NCBI GenBank assembly: GCA_963786995.1
Contig: CAWBBH010000001.1
Location: 110,550 to 174,549 of the forward strand
Source: an uncultured Actinomycetota bacterium
GTDB lineage: Bacteria > Actinomycetota > Actinomycetes > Mycobacteriales > Mycobacteriaceae
Reading direction: 5' to 3'
DNA length: 64,000 nucleotides
Positions within the stretch are counted from its first letter, which is position 1, and each line of letters begins with the position of its first letter. The position numbers were made by a program, and so were the translations under genes. Positions 12,753-24,688 of the stretch are shown here, piece after piece. The notes below the pieces were generated by a model that made no database searches, had not been told where the DNA came from, and saw only the letters and a list, made by a program, of their open reading frames with translations.

Positions 12753-13029
12753 ATGCAGCTCATCGAATGCCCGTGGTGCGGGCCACGTGAAGAGACAGAG
12801 TTCCACTACGGCGGCGAGGCGCACGTGGCGTATCCCGGAAGATCCCCAAGCGCTGACCGACGAGCAGTGGGCGCACTACGTGTTCTTCCGCAGCAATCCC
12901 AAGGGGCTGTTCGCCGAGCGGTGGACCCACAGCCACGGTTGCCGCCGCTGGTTCAATGCCATCCGCGACACAGCGACCTACCGATTCCAGCGGGTCTACC
13001 GCCCGGACGAGCAGAGGCCCACGATCTGA
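12753..13029 (+). pseudogene. soxD: Sarcosine oxidase delta subunit, one apparent 1-nt insertion near 12836
   Basis: MQLIECPWCGPREETEFHYGGEAHVAYP in one frame continues as EDPQALTDEQWAHYVFFRSNPKGLFAERWTHSHGCRRWFNAIRDT in the +1 frame. Length is 3n+1. Confidence 0.85.
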
Positions 13030-15900
13030 TGGCTGCACATTTCCGTACCAGCACGGGTGGACGCATCGCCAGGGACACGACGCTGAGCTTCACGTTCAAC
13101 GACCGCGAGCTGACGGGCCACGCCGGCGACACGCTCGCCTCGGCGCTACTCGCCAACGGCGTGCATCAGGTGACCACCAGCATCAAGCTTGGCCGCCCGC
13201 GCGGCTTCACCGCGGCATGGGCCGAGGACACCGGTGGCCTCGTCCAGATCGAGCACCCGTTCCCCGAGCCGATGCTGCTGGCGACAACGGTCGAACTGTT
13301 CGACGGCCTTGTCGCGCGCGGCATCCCGGGTCAGGGCCGGCTCGCGGAGATCCCCGACACCGCAAGGTACGACAGCACCCACGTGCATGCCGACGTGCTC
13401 GTCGCCGGTGCGGGGCCGGCCGGTTTGGCGGCCGCGTTGACCGCGGCGCGGGCCGGGGCGCGGGTCGTGCTGATCGATGAACAATGCGAAGCGGGCGGCG
13501 CGCTGCTCGGCTCCACCGACCTGGTCGACGGCAGGCCCGCTCTGCGCTGGGTGGCCGACGCCGTCGCCGAACTGGCGACCTACCCGGATGTGCTGCATCT
13601 GCAGCGCACCACCGCCTTCGGCCACTACGACGACGGGTTCGTCCTTGCGCTGCAACGGCGTACCGATCACCTCGGCGCCGACGCGCCCGCCACTGTCAGC
13701 AGGCAGCGCGTGTGGCGGATCCGGGCGCGGCACATCGTCGTCGCAGCGGGCGCCCACGAGCGACCCGTGGTATTCGCCGACAACGACCGGCCCGGCATCA
13801 TGCTCGCCAACGGGGCGCGAACGTTCCTGCACCGGTACGGCGTGAAGGTCGGCAAGCACGGAGTCGTGTTCACCACCAACGACAGCGCCTACCTGGCGGC
13901 GTTCGACCTGCACGACGCGGGCGTCGCGATCAACGCGGTCGTCGATGCCCGCCCCGGTGTCAGGCAGGAACTACGCGACGAATGCACTGCACGCGGCATC
14001 GCGATCCACCCTGGGTCGGTGGTCACCGGCACACGCGGCGACGCACGCGTCACCCACGCGATCGTGGACCGACCCGGCGAGGACGCCGCCCCCGCCGTCA
14101 TCGCGTGCGACGTTCTGCTGGTCAGCGGTGGCTGGAATCCGGCGGTCCACCTTTTCAGTCAGGCCCGCGGCAAGCTGCGCTACGACGACACGCCTCGGCG
14201 CCTTCGTTCCTGGTGAGTCGCTCGAGGCGATCAGCGTCGTCGGATCGGCCGACGGCGTCTTCGACCTACCGGGATGCCTGCGCAGCGGCCGCGAGGCGGC
14301 AGCATCCGCCGTCGAGGCACTCGGCTTCTCCGCTGCAGCGGAACCCATTGCGGGCGAGGCTGATCCGGTTTCGCCAGACTCCCCCGGCACGGTCGTGTGG
14401 TATGTGCCCGACGCGAAGGCCGCGGCCCGTCAGTTCGTCGACGTCCAGCGCGACGCGACGGTCGCCGACCTGGTCCGTGCGGTCGGAGCAGGCATGCGCT
14501 CGATGGAACACATCAAGCGCTACACGACGATCGGCACCGCACACGACCAAGGCAAGACGTCCGGTGTGGTCGCCTCAGGCATCACGTCCGATCTGCTCGG
14601 CGTACCGATGGAGGACCTCGGCGTCACCACGTTCCGTCCGCCGTACACGCCGGTGGCGTTCGCCGCGCTGGCCGGTCGCGCCCGTGGCCACATGTTCGAT
14701 CCCGAGCGCGTGACAGCGGTGCACGACTGGCACGTCGAGCGCGGCGCCGTTTTCGAGGACGTCGGCATGTGGAAGCGTCCCCGCTACTACCCGCAGGGCG
14801 GCGGGGCCGCCATGGAAAGTATGGAGAGCGCCGTTCTCCGCGAATGTGCCGCTGTGCGAAGCGGAGTCGGCATCCTCGATGGATCCACGCTGGGCAAGAT
14901 CGACGTGCAGGGGCCGGATGCGGGCCAGTTCCTCGACATGCTCTACACGAACATGATGAGCACGCTGAAGGTCGGGATGGTCCGCTACGGCGTGATGTGC
15001 GGCGTCGACGGCATGGTCATCGACGACGGCACCGTCATGCGGTTGGCCGACGACCGCTACATGGCGTTCACCACCACCGGCGGCGCGGCGCGCATCCTCG
15101 ACTGGATGGAGGAGTGGCTGCAGACCGAGTGGCCGCACCTGCGGGTACGGCTGACATCGGTCACCGAGCAGTGGCACACCTTCCCTGTCGTCGGCCCGAA
15201 GTCGCGCGACGTCGTCGGCGCACTGTTCGGTGATGTCGACGTCAGCAACGAGGCGTTCCCGTTCATGGCGTGGCGGGACACCACGCTCGACGGCGTGCAT
15301 GTCCGCATCGCCCGCGTCAGCTTCTCCGGTGAGCTGGCCTACGAGGTCAACGTCATGGGTTGGTACGCAACAGCGCTGTGGGAGCGCCTCATTGCCGCGG
15401 GTGAGCGGCACGGGATCACGCCATACGGCACGGAGACGATGCACGTCCTGCGTGCCGAGAAGGGGTACCCGATCATCGGGCAGGACACCGACGGCACGAT
15501 CACCCCGCAGGACCTCGGCATGAGCTGGGCAGTGTCGAAGAAGAAGCCCGACTTCATCGGCAAGCGCTCGTTCACCCGCAGCGAGAACCTGAACCCGTTG
15601 CGCAAGCAGTTCGTCGGGCTGCTTCCCACCGATGCCGACACGGTGTTGCCCGAGGGCGCGCAGATCATCGACTACATCGACGGCGGCGAGCTGCCACCGC
15701 CGCCGGTGCCGATGCTCGGGCACGTCACCTCCAGCTACCGCAGCGCCGAGCTGGGCCGGCCCTTCGCGCTCGCGCTCGTCAAGGGTGGCCACGCCCGCAT
15801 CGGAGAAACCCTGCACGTCCCGGTGGACGGCACCCTGGTGCCCGTCGAGGTCACCGGCTCGGTCCTCGTCGACCCGGAAGGAGCCCGCCGCGATGGCTGA
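13029..15900 (+). pseudogene. soxA: Sarcosine oxidase alpha subunit, one apparent 1-nt insertion near 14188
   Basis: The ATG overlaps the soxD stop (ATGA-type overlap at 13027-13031). It has the FAD/NAD folds VLVAGAGPAGLAAAL and a C-terminal GcvT-like domain. The junction reads ...GKLRYDDT / LGAFVPGESLE. Length is 3n+1. Confidence 0.85.
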
Positions 15901-16486
15901 CACCCTCACCCGCCGTAGTCCCTTGGGCAGCTACCAATCTCGCTTCGCCGCGCTGCCTGCGTCCGCCACCGTCACCGATGAGCCGTTCGTCGCGATGGTC
16001 GACCTCTGGGTTGATCCGTCGGGACCTGGCGGCGAAGCGGTCGCCAAGGTCCTCGCCGTCGACGCGCTGCCCACGACGCCGTCCACCATCGTGTCCGGCG
16101 ACGAGTCCGCGGTGATCTGGCTCGGCCCACAGGAATGGCTGGTCACCTGGGAGCGCCGTGACGGTGAAGAAATCGAGGCGGCGTTGCGGGAGGCGATGTC
16201 CGCGCACGGTGGTGCGGCGGTCGACGTCTCCGCCCAACGCACCACGCTTCGGCTACGGGGCGAACATGCGCGCGACGTGATCGCCAAGGGGTGCTCGCTG
16301 GACCTGCATCCGGCAGTGTTCGGACCGGGCGCCGCGGCGCAGACGGTGCTCGGCCAGGCCGGTGTCGTGCTGATCCCGTTGAGCGACAACGGAAGCGACT
16401 ACCGCATCATCGTGCGGTCCTCGTTCGCCCGCTATCTCGCCGACTGGCTGATCGACGCCGCCGAGGAGTACGGGGTCGACTGGTAG
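15893..16486 (+). CDS. soxG: Sarcosine oxidase gamma subunit
   Basis: The ATG at 15893 overlaps the soxA end. About 197 aa, in the position and size typical of SoxG in soxBDAG operons. Confidence 0.75.
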   Translation: MADTLTRRSPLGSYQSRFAALPASATVTDEPFVAMVDLWVDPSGPGGEAVAKVLAVDALPTTPSTIVSGDESAVIWLGPQEWLVTWERRDGEEIEAALREAMSAHGGAAVDVSAQRTTLRLRGEHARDVIAKGCSLDLHPAVFGPGAAAQTVLGQAGVVLIPLSDNGSDYRIIVRSSFARYLADWLIDAAEEYGVDW

Positions 16487-16522
16487 CCCGCAGCAGGCGC
16501 AGACTGATGTAGCGTCATCACC

Positions 16523-16536
16523 AACTGATATCTCAG
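16523..16536. promoter_or_regulatory. Box AACTGATATCTCAG upstream of GntR paralog 3
   Basis: Same motif family. It is preceded by a TGATG-N6-CATCA inverted repeat at 16505-16520. Confidence 0.4.
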
Positions 16537-16568
16537 ATGCCGCACGTCGTGTTTCAAGGAGGGTCCAC

Positions 16569-17195
16569 ATGCCAGGCCCGCTGCTGTCCGATCAGGCGTA
16601 CGAGGCGATTCGCGACAAGATCGTCTCACTCGAGATCGCCCCAGGCGCTCCCATCGAGGAGGAGCAGCTGGCGGCCGAACTCGGCGTGGGCCGTACCCCG
16701 GTGCGGGAGGCGATCAAGCGGCTCGCGTTTCGCAAACTGGTCGTCGTCTACCCCCGCAGCGGCAGCTACGCCGCCGACCTCGATCTCGCTGACCTCGAAT
16801 CGATCTGCGACATGCGGGAACGTCTCGAAGGGCTCGCGGCCGAGCGCGCTGCCACCGAAGCGCGATACGAGGAACGCCAGGAGCTGCAGGCGCTCCTCGA
16901 CGACATCAATGCCTGCAGAGACGCCACGAAGCTTCTCGACCTCGACGTGCTGGTGCACCGTTCGATCCACCGGATGGCGCACAATCCCTACCTGCTCGAT
17001 ACGCTGACCCAGAGCCTCGACCTGTCGCTGCGGATGTGGAACCTGGCCCGTGAGCGCCTTCCCGATCTCGACCACCACGTGCACGGGCAGACCGAAGTGC
17101 TGCAGGCGATCCTCGACCGCAACGGGGTCCGCGCGCGCAAGCTGGCCGAGGCGCACGTGCGCGAATTCGAGGACGACATCCGCAAGATGTTCTAG
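16569..17195 (+). CDS. GntR family transcriptional regulator, FadR/FCD subfamily (paralog 3)
   Basis: It has the wHTH EEQLAAELGVGRTPVREAIKRLAFRKLV and an FCD-like C-terminal domain. Confidence 0.8.
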   Translation: MPGPLLSDQAYEAIRDKIVSLEIAPGAPIEEEQLAAELGVGRTPVREAIKRLAFRKLVVVYPRSGSYAADLDLADLESICDMRERLEGLAAERAATEARYEERQELQALLDDINACRDATKLLDLDVLVHRSIHRMAHNPYLLDTLTQSLDLSLRMWNLARERLPDLDHHVHGQTEVLQAILDRNGVRARKLAEAHVREFEDDIRKMF

Positions 17196-17291
17196 GGCTC
17201 ATCACAGCGTTGAGAATGCAGCCATGGCGGGAATATTCGAGTAAACCCCGCCGTCAGTGCAGTCTCGACGTGTCGATGCGAAGGCCGCCGC

Positions 17292-18377
17292 TCACAGCAC
17301 GACCACCGACCGCAGCACCTCGCCCTTGTGCATGGTGTGGAAGGCGTCTTCGACCTCGTCGAGCTTGATCCGCTCGGAGACGAACCGATCCAGTGGGAGC
17401 CGGCCCTGCTGATACAGGTCGACCAGGGTTGGGAAGTCACGCTCGGGTAGGCAGTCGCCGTACCACGACGACTTCAGCGATCCGCCGCGGGAGAAGAAGT
17501 CGACGAGCGGCATCTCGAGTGTCATGTCGGGTGTCGGCACACCCACCAGCACAACCGTTCCCGCGAGGTCGCGGGCATAGAACGCCTGGCGCCATGTCTC
17601 GGGTCGGCCGACGGCGTCGATGACGACGTCCGCGCCGAATCCTGCCGTGAGTTCCCGGACGGCCTCGACGGTGTCGACCTCGGTGGCATTGACGGTGTGG
17701 GTGGCGCCGAGTTCGCGTGCCCATTCCAGCTTGCGCGGGTCGCGGTCGACGGCGATGATCGTGCCCGCACCCGCAAGCCTGGCGCCCATGATCGCGGCGT
17801 CGCCGACACCGCCGCAGCCGATGACCGCGACCGAGTCGCCGCGCGAGACGTTGCCGGTGTTCACCGCGGCACCGAGGCCCGCCATCACGCCGCATCCGAG
17901 CAGTCCGACGACGGCGGGGTCCGCGTCGGCGTCGACCTTGGTGCACTGTCCGGCATGAACGAGCGTCTTCTCGGCGAACGCCCCGATTCCGAGGGCAGGT
18001 GTGAGCTCGGTGCCGTCCTCCAAAGTCATCTTCTGATCGGCGTTGAAAGTGTCGAAGCAGTACTGCGGGCGGCCACGCTTGCAGGCGCGGCACTGTCCGC
18101 AGACCGCCCGCCAGTTCAGGATCACGAAGTCGCCGACGGCGACCGAATCCACGCCATCGCCGACCTCTTCCACGACGCCCGCTGCTTCATGTCCGAGCAG
18201 GAACGGGAACTCGTCGTTGATGCCGCCGTCGCGGTACGTCAGGTCGGTGTGGCAGACGCCGCAGGCCCGGACAGCCACGACCACCTCGCCCGGCCCCGGG
18301 TCGGGGATCGTGATCGTCGTGACCTCGACCGGCGCACCCTTGGCCCTGGCGATCACACCTCGAACGTGCTGTGGCAT
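17292..18377 (-). CDS. S-(hydroxymethyl)mycothiol dehydrogenase / class III zinc alcohol dehydrogenase (formaldehyde detoxification)
   Basis: It has the Zn-ADH motifs ACGVCHTDL and [12 protein letters not shown] plus the Rossmann motif [12 protein letters not shown]. The N-terminus [14 protein letters not shown] is typical of actinobacterial mycothiol-dependent formaldehyde dehydrogenases. Confidence 0.8.
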   Translation of the reverse strand: MPQHVRGVIARAKGAPVEVTTITIPDPGPGEVVVAVRACGVCHTDLTYRDGGINDEFPFLLGHEAAGVVEEVGDGVDSVAVGDFVILNWRAVCGQCRACKRGRPQYCFDTFNADQKMTLEDGTELTPALGIGAFAEKTLVHAGQCTKVDADADPAVVGLLGCGVMAGLGAAVNTGNVSRGDSVAVIGCGGVGDAAIMGARLAGAGTIIAVDRDPRKLEWARELGATHTVNATEVDTVEAVRELTAGFGADVVIDAVGRPETWRQAFYARDLAGTVVLVGVPTPDMTLEMPLVDFFSRGGSLKSSWYGDCLPERDFPTLVDLYQQGRLPLDRFVSERIKLDEVEDAFHTMHKGEVLRSVVVL

Positions 18378-18410
18378 AGAAAGACTCCTCGTTGTGGGGT
18401 TGAACGTGGG

Positions 18411-20455
18411 TTACAGGACGATGCAGAGCCGGAAGGCGTCATAGATCGCGGCGTGGATGTTGCGGCTGGCGACCGCGTCGCCGATCCGGAACAGCTGGTA
18501 GCCGCCGTCGGTATTGCGGCGGACCTCCTGCGGGCGCAGATCGAGCAGCGCCTGCTGGTCGACTTCGCCGAGGTTCGACGAACCGGGAACCAGGTCGAAG
18601 TACAGCTCATCCTGCGGCAGTGTGCCGTGTTCGACGATGACCTGGTCCACCAGACGCTGCCTGGTGGCGTGGGCGTATTCGTTGTACAGGTCCACTTCGA
18701 GGCGACCGTCTTTGCGGCGCACGCCGGTCAGCCGCTCGTTGAGGGTCACCCGGACGTCGCACTCGGCAAAAGCCTTGAAGTAGCCGGGGTAGTTCACACC
18801 GCCGACGTCGGGCGCCAAAGTGCGCTCGGGCGTGACGAACTCGACCTCGACACCGCTTCGCGCCACCACTTCGGCGGCATCCATCCCGGGGTGGCCGCCG
18901 TTGTCGTCATAGAACAGCACCTTTCCGCGGGGACGGACGGCGCCGCACAGCACATCCCACGCATCGGTCACCAACTGCGAACCCTCGGTGAGGAATTCGG
19001 TGTTCGGCAGTCCCCCGGTGGCCACCACGACGATGTCGGGGTTCTCGGCGAGCACCTCGTCGGCCTCGGCGTAGGCGTTGGTCCGGATGTCGACGTCGAG
19101 CAGCTTGCACTCGGCCAACCGCCAGTCGACGATGCTGATCAGGTCCCGACGTCGTGGTGCCGACGAGGCCAGGCGAATCTGGCCGCCCGGTGCGTCAGCC
19201 GCCTCGAACACGACAACCTTGTGGCCGCGCTCGCCGAGCACCCGTGCCGCCTCGAGGCCCGCAGGACCGCCGCCGATGACGACCGCTTTGCGCGCAGGTC
19301 CGGCCGCGGCGAGGCACGTGGTGCGGCATGCGGTCCTCGCGTCCGGTTGACGCGTTGTGTACGCACTTGGCGTCGCGGGCCTGGTAGATCTCGTCGAGGC
19401 AGTAGCTCGCGCCGACGCACGGCCGGATCCGGTCTTCCTCGCCCGCTTGGATTTTCGCGACGATGTGCGGGTCGGCGATGTGCGCGCGGGTCATACCGAC
19501 CAGATCGATCAACCCGTCGCGGATCGCGTGCCGCGCGGTCGCCACGTCGTTGATGCGCGCGGCGTGCATGACCGGAATTCGGCAGCGCCTCCTTGACTTG
19601 GCCCGCGAACTCGAGGTGCGGCGCGACCGGTGTGCCCATCGGCGGGATCACCCGCGACAACGCCTCGTCGCTGGCCATATAGCCCTTGATGACGGAGATG
19701 AAGTCGATGCCCTCGGCCACCACACGCTTGGCGATCTCGAGGCCGTCGTCGTATTTCAGACCACCTTCGATGTCCTCGTCGAGCGACATGCGGATACCGA
19801 CAGCGAAGTCCGGTCCCGCGGCTTCACGCACGGCGCGAATGACCCGCAGCGGGAACCGAAGTCGATCCTCGAGGCTGCCCATCCCGTATTCGTCGTCGCG
19901 ATGGTTGGTCAGCGGGGACCAGAAGGAGTCGAGCAGATGCGTGTAGGCCTCGAGCTCGATACCGTCCAGGCCGGCCTCGCGACACCGCGCCGTGGCATCG
20001 GCGTAGGCCTTCACGATGCGGTCCATGTCCCATTCCTCGGCGACCTTGGGGAAGGCGCGGTGTGCGGGCTCGCGGATCGCCGACGGTGCGATGACAGGAA
20101 GCCAGTCGCCGTCGTAGTTGCTCGTGCGCCTGCCGAGGTGGGTGATCTGGCACATCACCGCGGCACCGTTCTCATGCACGCCGTAGGCCAACTCGCGAAG
20201 CCACGGCACGATCTCGTCCTTGTAGACATGCAGGTTGCCGAAGGCGGCTGGGCTGTCGGGAGCGACCACGGCGGACCCGCCCATCATCGTCAGACCGATT
20301 CCGCCCTTTGCCTTCTCCTCGTGATAGAGGCGGTAACGCCGCTTGGGCATGCCGTCCTCGGTGTACGACGGCTCGTGGGAGGTGCTGACGACCCTGTTGC
20401 GCAGGGTCACGTTCTTCAGCTGGAACTGCTGCAGAAGTGGATCAATGAGCTGCAT
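18411..20455 (-). pseudogene. FMN/FAD NADH:flavin oxidoreductase of the N-methylproline/dimethylglycine demethylase type (StcD/DgcA-like), two apparent frameshifts (about 19575 and 19320)
   Basis: It has an OYE-like TIM-barrel N-terminal half (QLKNVTLRNRVVSTSHEP...GGIGLTMMGG...CQITHLGRR) and a middle segment (AARINDVATARHAIRDGLIDLVGMTRAHIADPHIV...CVGASYC). The C-terminal FAD/NAD domain has the fold KAVVIGGGPAGLEAARVLGERGHKVVVFE. The three segments lie in three frames. Length is 3n+2. I propose the start ATG at 20455 (AGGTG upstream). Confidence 0.75.
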
Positions 20456-20615
20456 GAACGCACCTAACGAGGCATCTAACATTTCAGTAGGAGAAACTAA
20501 CACGTCAAGACTGGTAGTAATGTATGTCACTTGTCGCAGTAGGTCAAGGGTGATCGGCCGTCCAGATCGCGCTCTTGACCCGATGACCAGGCTGACCTAC
20601 GGTTAACGCTAATAC

Positions 20616-20629
20616 TCATATATCAGATG
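20616..20629. promoter_or_regulatory. Box CTCATATATCAGAT in the divergent demethylase / sdaA promoter region
   Basis: Same motif family as the other five boxes. Confidence 0.4.
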
Positions 20630-20677
20630 ACGATCACCGTCGGCCACAGGCGATGTTCGGAAGGAAGGAGGGCTCGG

Positions 20678-22068
20678 ATGACCATCAGCGTGTTCGATCT
20701 CTTCTCCGTCGGGATCGGCCCCTCGAGTTCGCACACCGTGGGCCCGATGCGGGCCGCGGCGCGCTTCGTCGACGACCTCCACGCGATGGGTGCCTTCGAC
20801 CACGTCCACGACGTCCGCGTCGATCTCTACGGCTCCCTTGCGGCAACCGGAGCCGGGCACGGCACGTTCACGGCAATCCTGCTCGGCCTCGAAGGCCACC
20901 GACCCGACGAGATCCAGACCGACGAGATGGAGCGAAGCGTCGACGCGATGCGAGCCACCGGCACCATCGCGTTCGGCGGGTCACGTCACATCGCGCTCAC
21001 CGAGCAGGACCTGGTGCTTCGGCCGCTGACCATCCTGCCGTTTCATCCCAACGGCATGACGATCACCGCACTCGATGCCGACGGTCATCGAACTCCACCG
21101 CGAGACGTACTTCTCGATCGGAGGCGGCTTCGTCGTCACCGACGCCGAAAGCCGGGAGTCCTCGCCGCGTCGCACCAACTCCCGATCGCTGGCATTCGGT
21201 TCTGCCAAAGAGATGCTGGACCTCTGCAACCAGCACGGCTGCAGCGTCAGCGACCTGATGTTGTCGGTCGAACGTGAGACGCGTCCGACCGGCGAGATCC
21301 GCTCGCGGCTGCTGCACATCCGCGACGTCATGATCGAATGCGAGAAGCGCGGCATCAGCCGCGAGGGGGTTCTTCCCGGTTCACTTCGAGTTCGGCGAAG
21401 GGCCAAGGATTGGTTCGACCGCCTCAACGAGGAGGACCCGGACCGCCGCCCGGAGTTCGCAGAGGACTGGGTGAACCTCGTCGCACTGGCCGTCAACGAG
21501 GAGAACGCGTCCGGCGGGCGCATCGTCACGGCACCCACCAACGGCGCCGCGGGAATCGTGCCCGCCGTGCTCCACTACGCCACGCACTACACGACGGCTG
21601 GAAAGCGGGATCCGGATGACACCGCGATCCGGTTCCTGCTCACCGCCGGAGCCATCGGTTCGCTCTACAAGGAGCGCGCCTCCATCTCCGGCGCGGAAGT
21701 GGGCTGCCAGGGCGAGGTCGGCTCGGCCGCATCGATGGCGGCGGGCGGGCTCGCCGAGATCCTCGGCGGCACACCGGAACAGGTGGAGAATGCCGCCGAG
21801 ATCGCGATGGAGCACAGCCTCGGGCTCGACATGCGATCCGATCGGGGGGCTGGTGCAGATTCCCTGCATCGAGCGCAACGCGATCTCCGCGGGCAAGGCC
21901 ATCAACGCGGCCAGGATGGCGCTGCGCGGTGACGGCGCGCACCACGTGACCCTCGACCAGGTGATCGAGACGATGCGCACGACCGGCGCCGACATGAGTT
22001 CCAAATACAAGGAAACATCGACCGGAGGGCTCGCCGTGAACGTCCCCGTGAACTACGTCGAGTGCTGA
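20678..22068 (+). pseudogene. sdaA: L-serine ammonia-lyase (L-serine dehydratase, iron-sulfur type), two apparent +1 frameshifts (about 21080 and 21828)
   Basis: The ATG at 20678 follows GGAAGGAGG. The N-terminus is MTISVFDLFSVGIGPSSSHTVGPM. The middle is ...[17 protein letters not shown]...[19 protein letters not shown]. The junction reads EHSLGL(T)[18 protein letters not shown]. Length is 3n+2. Confidence 0.85.
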
Positions 22069-22364
22069 CCGCCATGTCTGCGCTGGCGACCTCCCACGGA
22101 CACGAGTGGGAAACGATGATGCACCTGGACTGCTATGACCGCAGGATTCTCGCGTTCGTCGTGGAGCGGGGCCTCGACGACCAGCTGCCGGAGCGGGAGT
22201 GCCGGAGCTGGTTCGGCATCAGCCCCCGCGCGGTGATGCGGCGTTTCAACGCCGTGGTCGATGTGTATGTGTCGCACCATGTCCCGTTGGACGAGTCGGA
22301 TCGAGAACTGCTCAGCCGGGCTGAACGCTACAGATCCTCGTCGATTTCTACACCAGGGTCGTGA
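22062..22364 (+). CDS. Hypothetical small protein (possibly DUF3263-like helix-turn-helix protein)
   Basis: 100-aa ORF with protein-like composition ([42 protein letters not shown]). The start is uncertain (internal ATGs at 22074 and about 22116). The family call is weak. Confidence 0.35.
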   Translation: MLTAMSALATSHGHEWETMMHLDCYDRRILAFVVERGLDDQLPERECRSWFGISPRAVMRRFNAVVDVYVSHHVPLDESDRELLSRAERYRSSSISTPGS

Positions 22365-22462
22365 TTTCGCGCGGCGCACGCGACCCTGATGCAGATTTCG
22401 ACGGCAGATACCGGAACGCCAGGCGCCGGTACACCGCCTGCCTCCAACACTTGCCTTCGTCC

Positions 22463-23635
22463 TCAGAGGTAATTCGGACTACCTTCTCCCGATAGGTGGT
22501 CGGTCGCTATCAATTCGCCGAGACGCACCAGCAGGGGCGTAGGTTCGGCGATGCACCGCTCTACGTCGGGCTCGATGTCGGTCAGGGCATACGCCGCGGC
22601 GATGCCGGCTTCATGAAGCGCGTCGGCGGTGAGCTGATTGCGGCCGCACACCGCGACGACCGGGACGCCTGCCGCCTTGGCCGCGGCCGCGACGCCCGCG
22701 GGCGCCTTACCGTGCAGGGTCTGCTCGTCGAGGGCGCCTTCGCCCGTCACCACCAGATCCGCCTGGGACAGGCGCTCGTCGAAGCCGACCAGCTCGAGCA
22801 CCAGCTCGACGCCGGGCCGGAATTCGGCGCCGAGCAGCGCCAGTGCCGCGAAGCCGGTTCCGCCCGCAGCGCCTGCGCCCGGCTGGTCGCGGAAGTCGGC
22901 GCCGGTCTGCGCGGCGACCACGTCGGCGAAATGTGTCAGTGCATCGTCGAGTTGGCGAACCTGCTCCGGGCCTGCGCCCTTCTGCGGACCGTAGACCGCA
23001 GCCGCGCCGTCGCGCCCGGTCAGGGGGTTGTCCACGTCGCTGGCGAGCACCACGTGAACGCCGTCCATCAGCTGTCGCAGCGGGGCAAGGTCGACCGTCG
23101 CGATCGACGTGAGTGCGGCGCCGCCGTCGGCCACCGGCGTCCCGTCGACGTCGAGCAGTCGTGCGCCCAGCCCCGCAAGCAGACCGGCACCACCGTCGGT
23201 ACTTGCCGAGCCGCCGATGCCGAGCACGATGGTGCGGCAACCCGCCGCGACGGCCGCGGCGACGACCTCGCCGAGTCCCCGGCTCGACGCGGTGAGCGGT
23301 GCCGGCTCGCCGCCGGGCAGCCTCACCAGACCGGCCGCATCAGCCATCTCCACCACCGCGAGGTCCGCGCGACGCGCAAAGCCGGTGTGCACCGGCTCGC
23401 CCGTCGGACCCGACGCCACCACCGGCACATGCTCGAAGCCAGCGGCAAGGGCGGCCGCCACCGTGCCATCTCCCCCGTCGGCGACGGGCACCGATTCGAT
23501 GCGCGCATCGGGCCGCGCCCGCCGCACACCTTCGCCGACGGCGTCGGCCACCTCTGCGGCGGTCAGCGATCCCTTGAACTTGTCGGCGGCGATCAGGACA
23601 GTCGGCGCTGCGTCGACCGCGCGTGTCCTCGTCAT
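22463..23635 (-). CDS. Glycerate kinase
   Basis: It has the N-terminal motif VLIAADKFKGSLTAAEVADAV...VPVADGGDGT and the C-terminal motif DLVVTGEGALDEQTLHGKAP, diagnostic of the GlxK/GarK family. The 390-aa frame is intact. Confidence 0.85.
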   Translation of the reverse strand: MTRTRAVDAAPTVLIAADKFKGSLTAAEVADAVGEGVRRARPDARIESVPVADGGDGTVAAALAAGFEHVPVVASGPTGEPVHTGFARRADLAVVEMADAAGLVRLPGGEPAPLTASSRGLGEVVAAAVAAGCRTIVLGIGGSASTDGGAGLLAGLGARLLDVDGTPVADGGAALTSIATVDLAPLRQLMDGVHVVLASDVDNPLTGRDGAAAVYGPQKGAGPEQVRQLDDALTHFADVVAAQTGADFRDQPGAGAAGGTGFAALALLGAEFRPGVELVLELVGFDERLSQADLVVTGEGALDEQTLHGKAPAGVAAAAKAAGVPVVAVCGRNQLTADALHEAGIAAAYALTDIEPDVERCIAEPTPLLVRLGELIATDHLSGEGSPNYL

Positions 23636-23848
23636 GCTTGCGTCCTTCCACTCAGTCGCTCGACGCCGCGCAGCAGCCCCGAGTGGTTTCGTATCGTGGA
23701 CACACTATCTGCCCAACAGGATTCAGAACCCTGCAGAGGACGACGTCATGGCCCACTCCGCCGATTTGAGTTGAACCGCAACGTATACAGCAGAGCCCCC
23801 GGATCTCCGAGGGGCTCTGCCTGGTTGGTGTTCGGTGCAACGCTCGGC

Positions 23849-24449
23849 TCAGAAGTAGGTCGTCGCCGTCGTGCTGGTTCCGTTGTCGCAGGTGATCGTG
23901 ACGGTCGGCTTGAAGACGCGAATAGCGTAGGTGGAGTCCGCCGAACGCGAAACCGCGGTTGTAGTCGTCCGTCGCATAGTGCACTGCGACGACACCGCTG
24001 CGTCGATGGACCAGCCTCGCCGGTGCGGCGGCTCGTTGGGCGGAGGCGGCGGGGAAAATGCTTCCGTTAGCGGACACGATGACCTTCGCGCCTGTTGCGC
24101 CGAGGGCGGCGTCCTGCGCCGCGTGGCGGCAGAAGCGCCTTCGCGTTCGCCGTAGTTGTTCGACGCCGCCGCAGCGCACTGGTTGGTGGCGATGGCGACG
24201 ACCACGCAGTGACCTGCGCCGTTGGACGCACAGTTCGTCAGCGCGTTCTGGGCGGCCTGCTCCTGGTGCCGCTGATCGCCGAACCACCGGCCATGGTGAC
24301 GGGCGGGTTCTCGTTGACGTATCCGAGCGCCACTGCGTAGTACTGGTCGGCGGCCTGCGCCGGTGCCGCGACGGCGACATGCCGACGGCGGAGGCGGCCG
24401 ACGCCAGCAGGACGCCGACGGTGGCCCGGCTCTTCGTGGTGATTGTCAT
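23849..24449 (-). pseudogene. Secreted protein, DUF4189-like, with several apparent frameshifts
   Basis: The signal peptide MTITTKSRATVGVLLASAASAVG...APAQA continues in other frames as ADQYYAVALGYVNENPPVTMAGGSAISG, QEQAAQNALTNCASNGAGHCVVVAIATNQCAAAAS and ...STYAIRVFKPTVTITCDNGTSTTATTYF. At least 3 frame changes. The exact path is uncertain. Confidence 0.45.
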
Positions 24450-24688
24450 GTTCTCTCCTGTGGGTTGTCGCGGCCCGGTGGGACGCGGGTTGGTCGTGAT
24501 GGCCCTGCGGTGCGGGTCTGGTGGGTGTGTCTGCCGTCTGGTGGCCTGACGTTGGCTTGTTCCCGCTGAGCAATAGTCGTGCGCAGCGAACCTCCATGTA
24601 ATCGCCGCGGAGCCAGAATCTGCGGCCGCAGGGAGAGGGTTTCCTGTCTGTCAGGTAAGGCGAGGAACCGGTTTGTAGGCTTGCGGCC

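Noticed and set aside
12561-14216. 551-aa ORF seemingly spanning soxD and the 5' half of soxA.
   Set aside because: The 1-nt insertion in soxD puts its 5' part into the soxA frame. The region in between translates to Arg/Pro-rich nonsense, while the +1 frame gives a canonical SoxD C-terminus ending at 13029. These are two genes, not one.
20531-20677. Possible glycine or THF riboswitch in the sdaA leader, and similarly upstream of glyA at 10047-10161.
   Set aside because: I could not find the conserved glycine-riboswitch cores (GGAGAG...CACCG...CTCAGGC-type elements) or any THF-like structure. The regions are better explained by the palindromic operator boxes. An Infernal scan would be needed to be certain.
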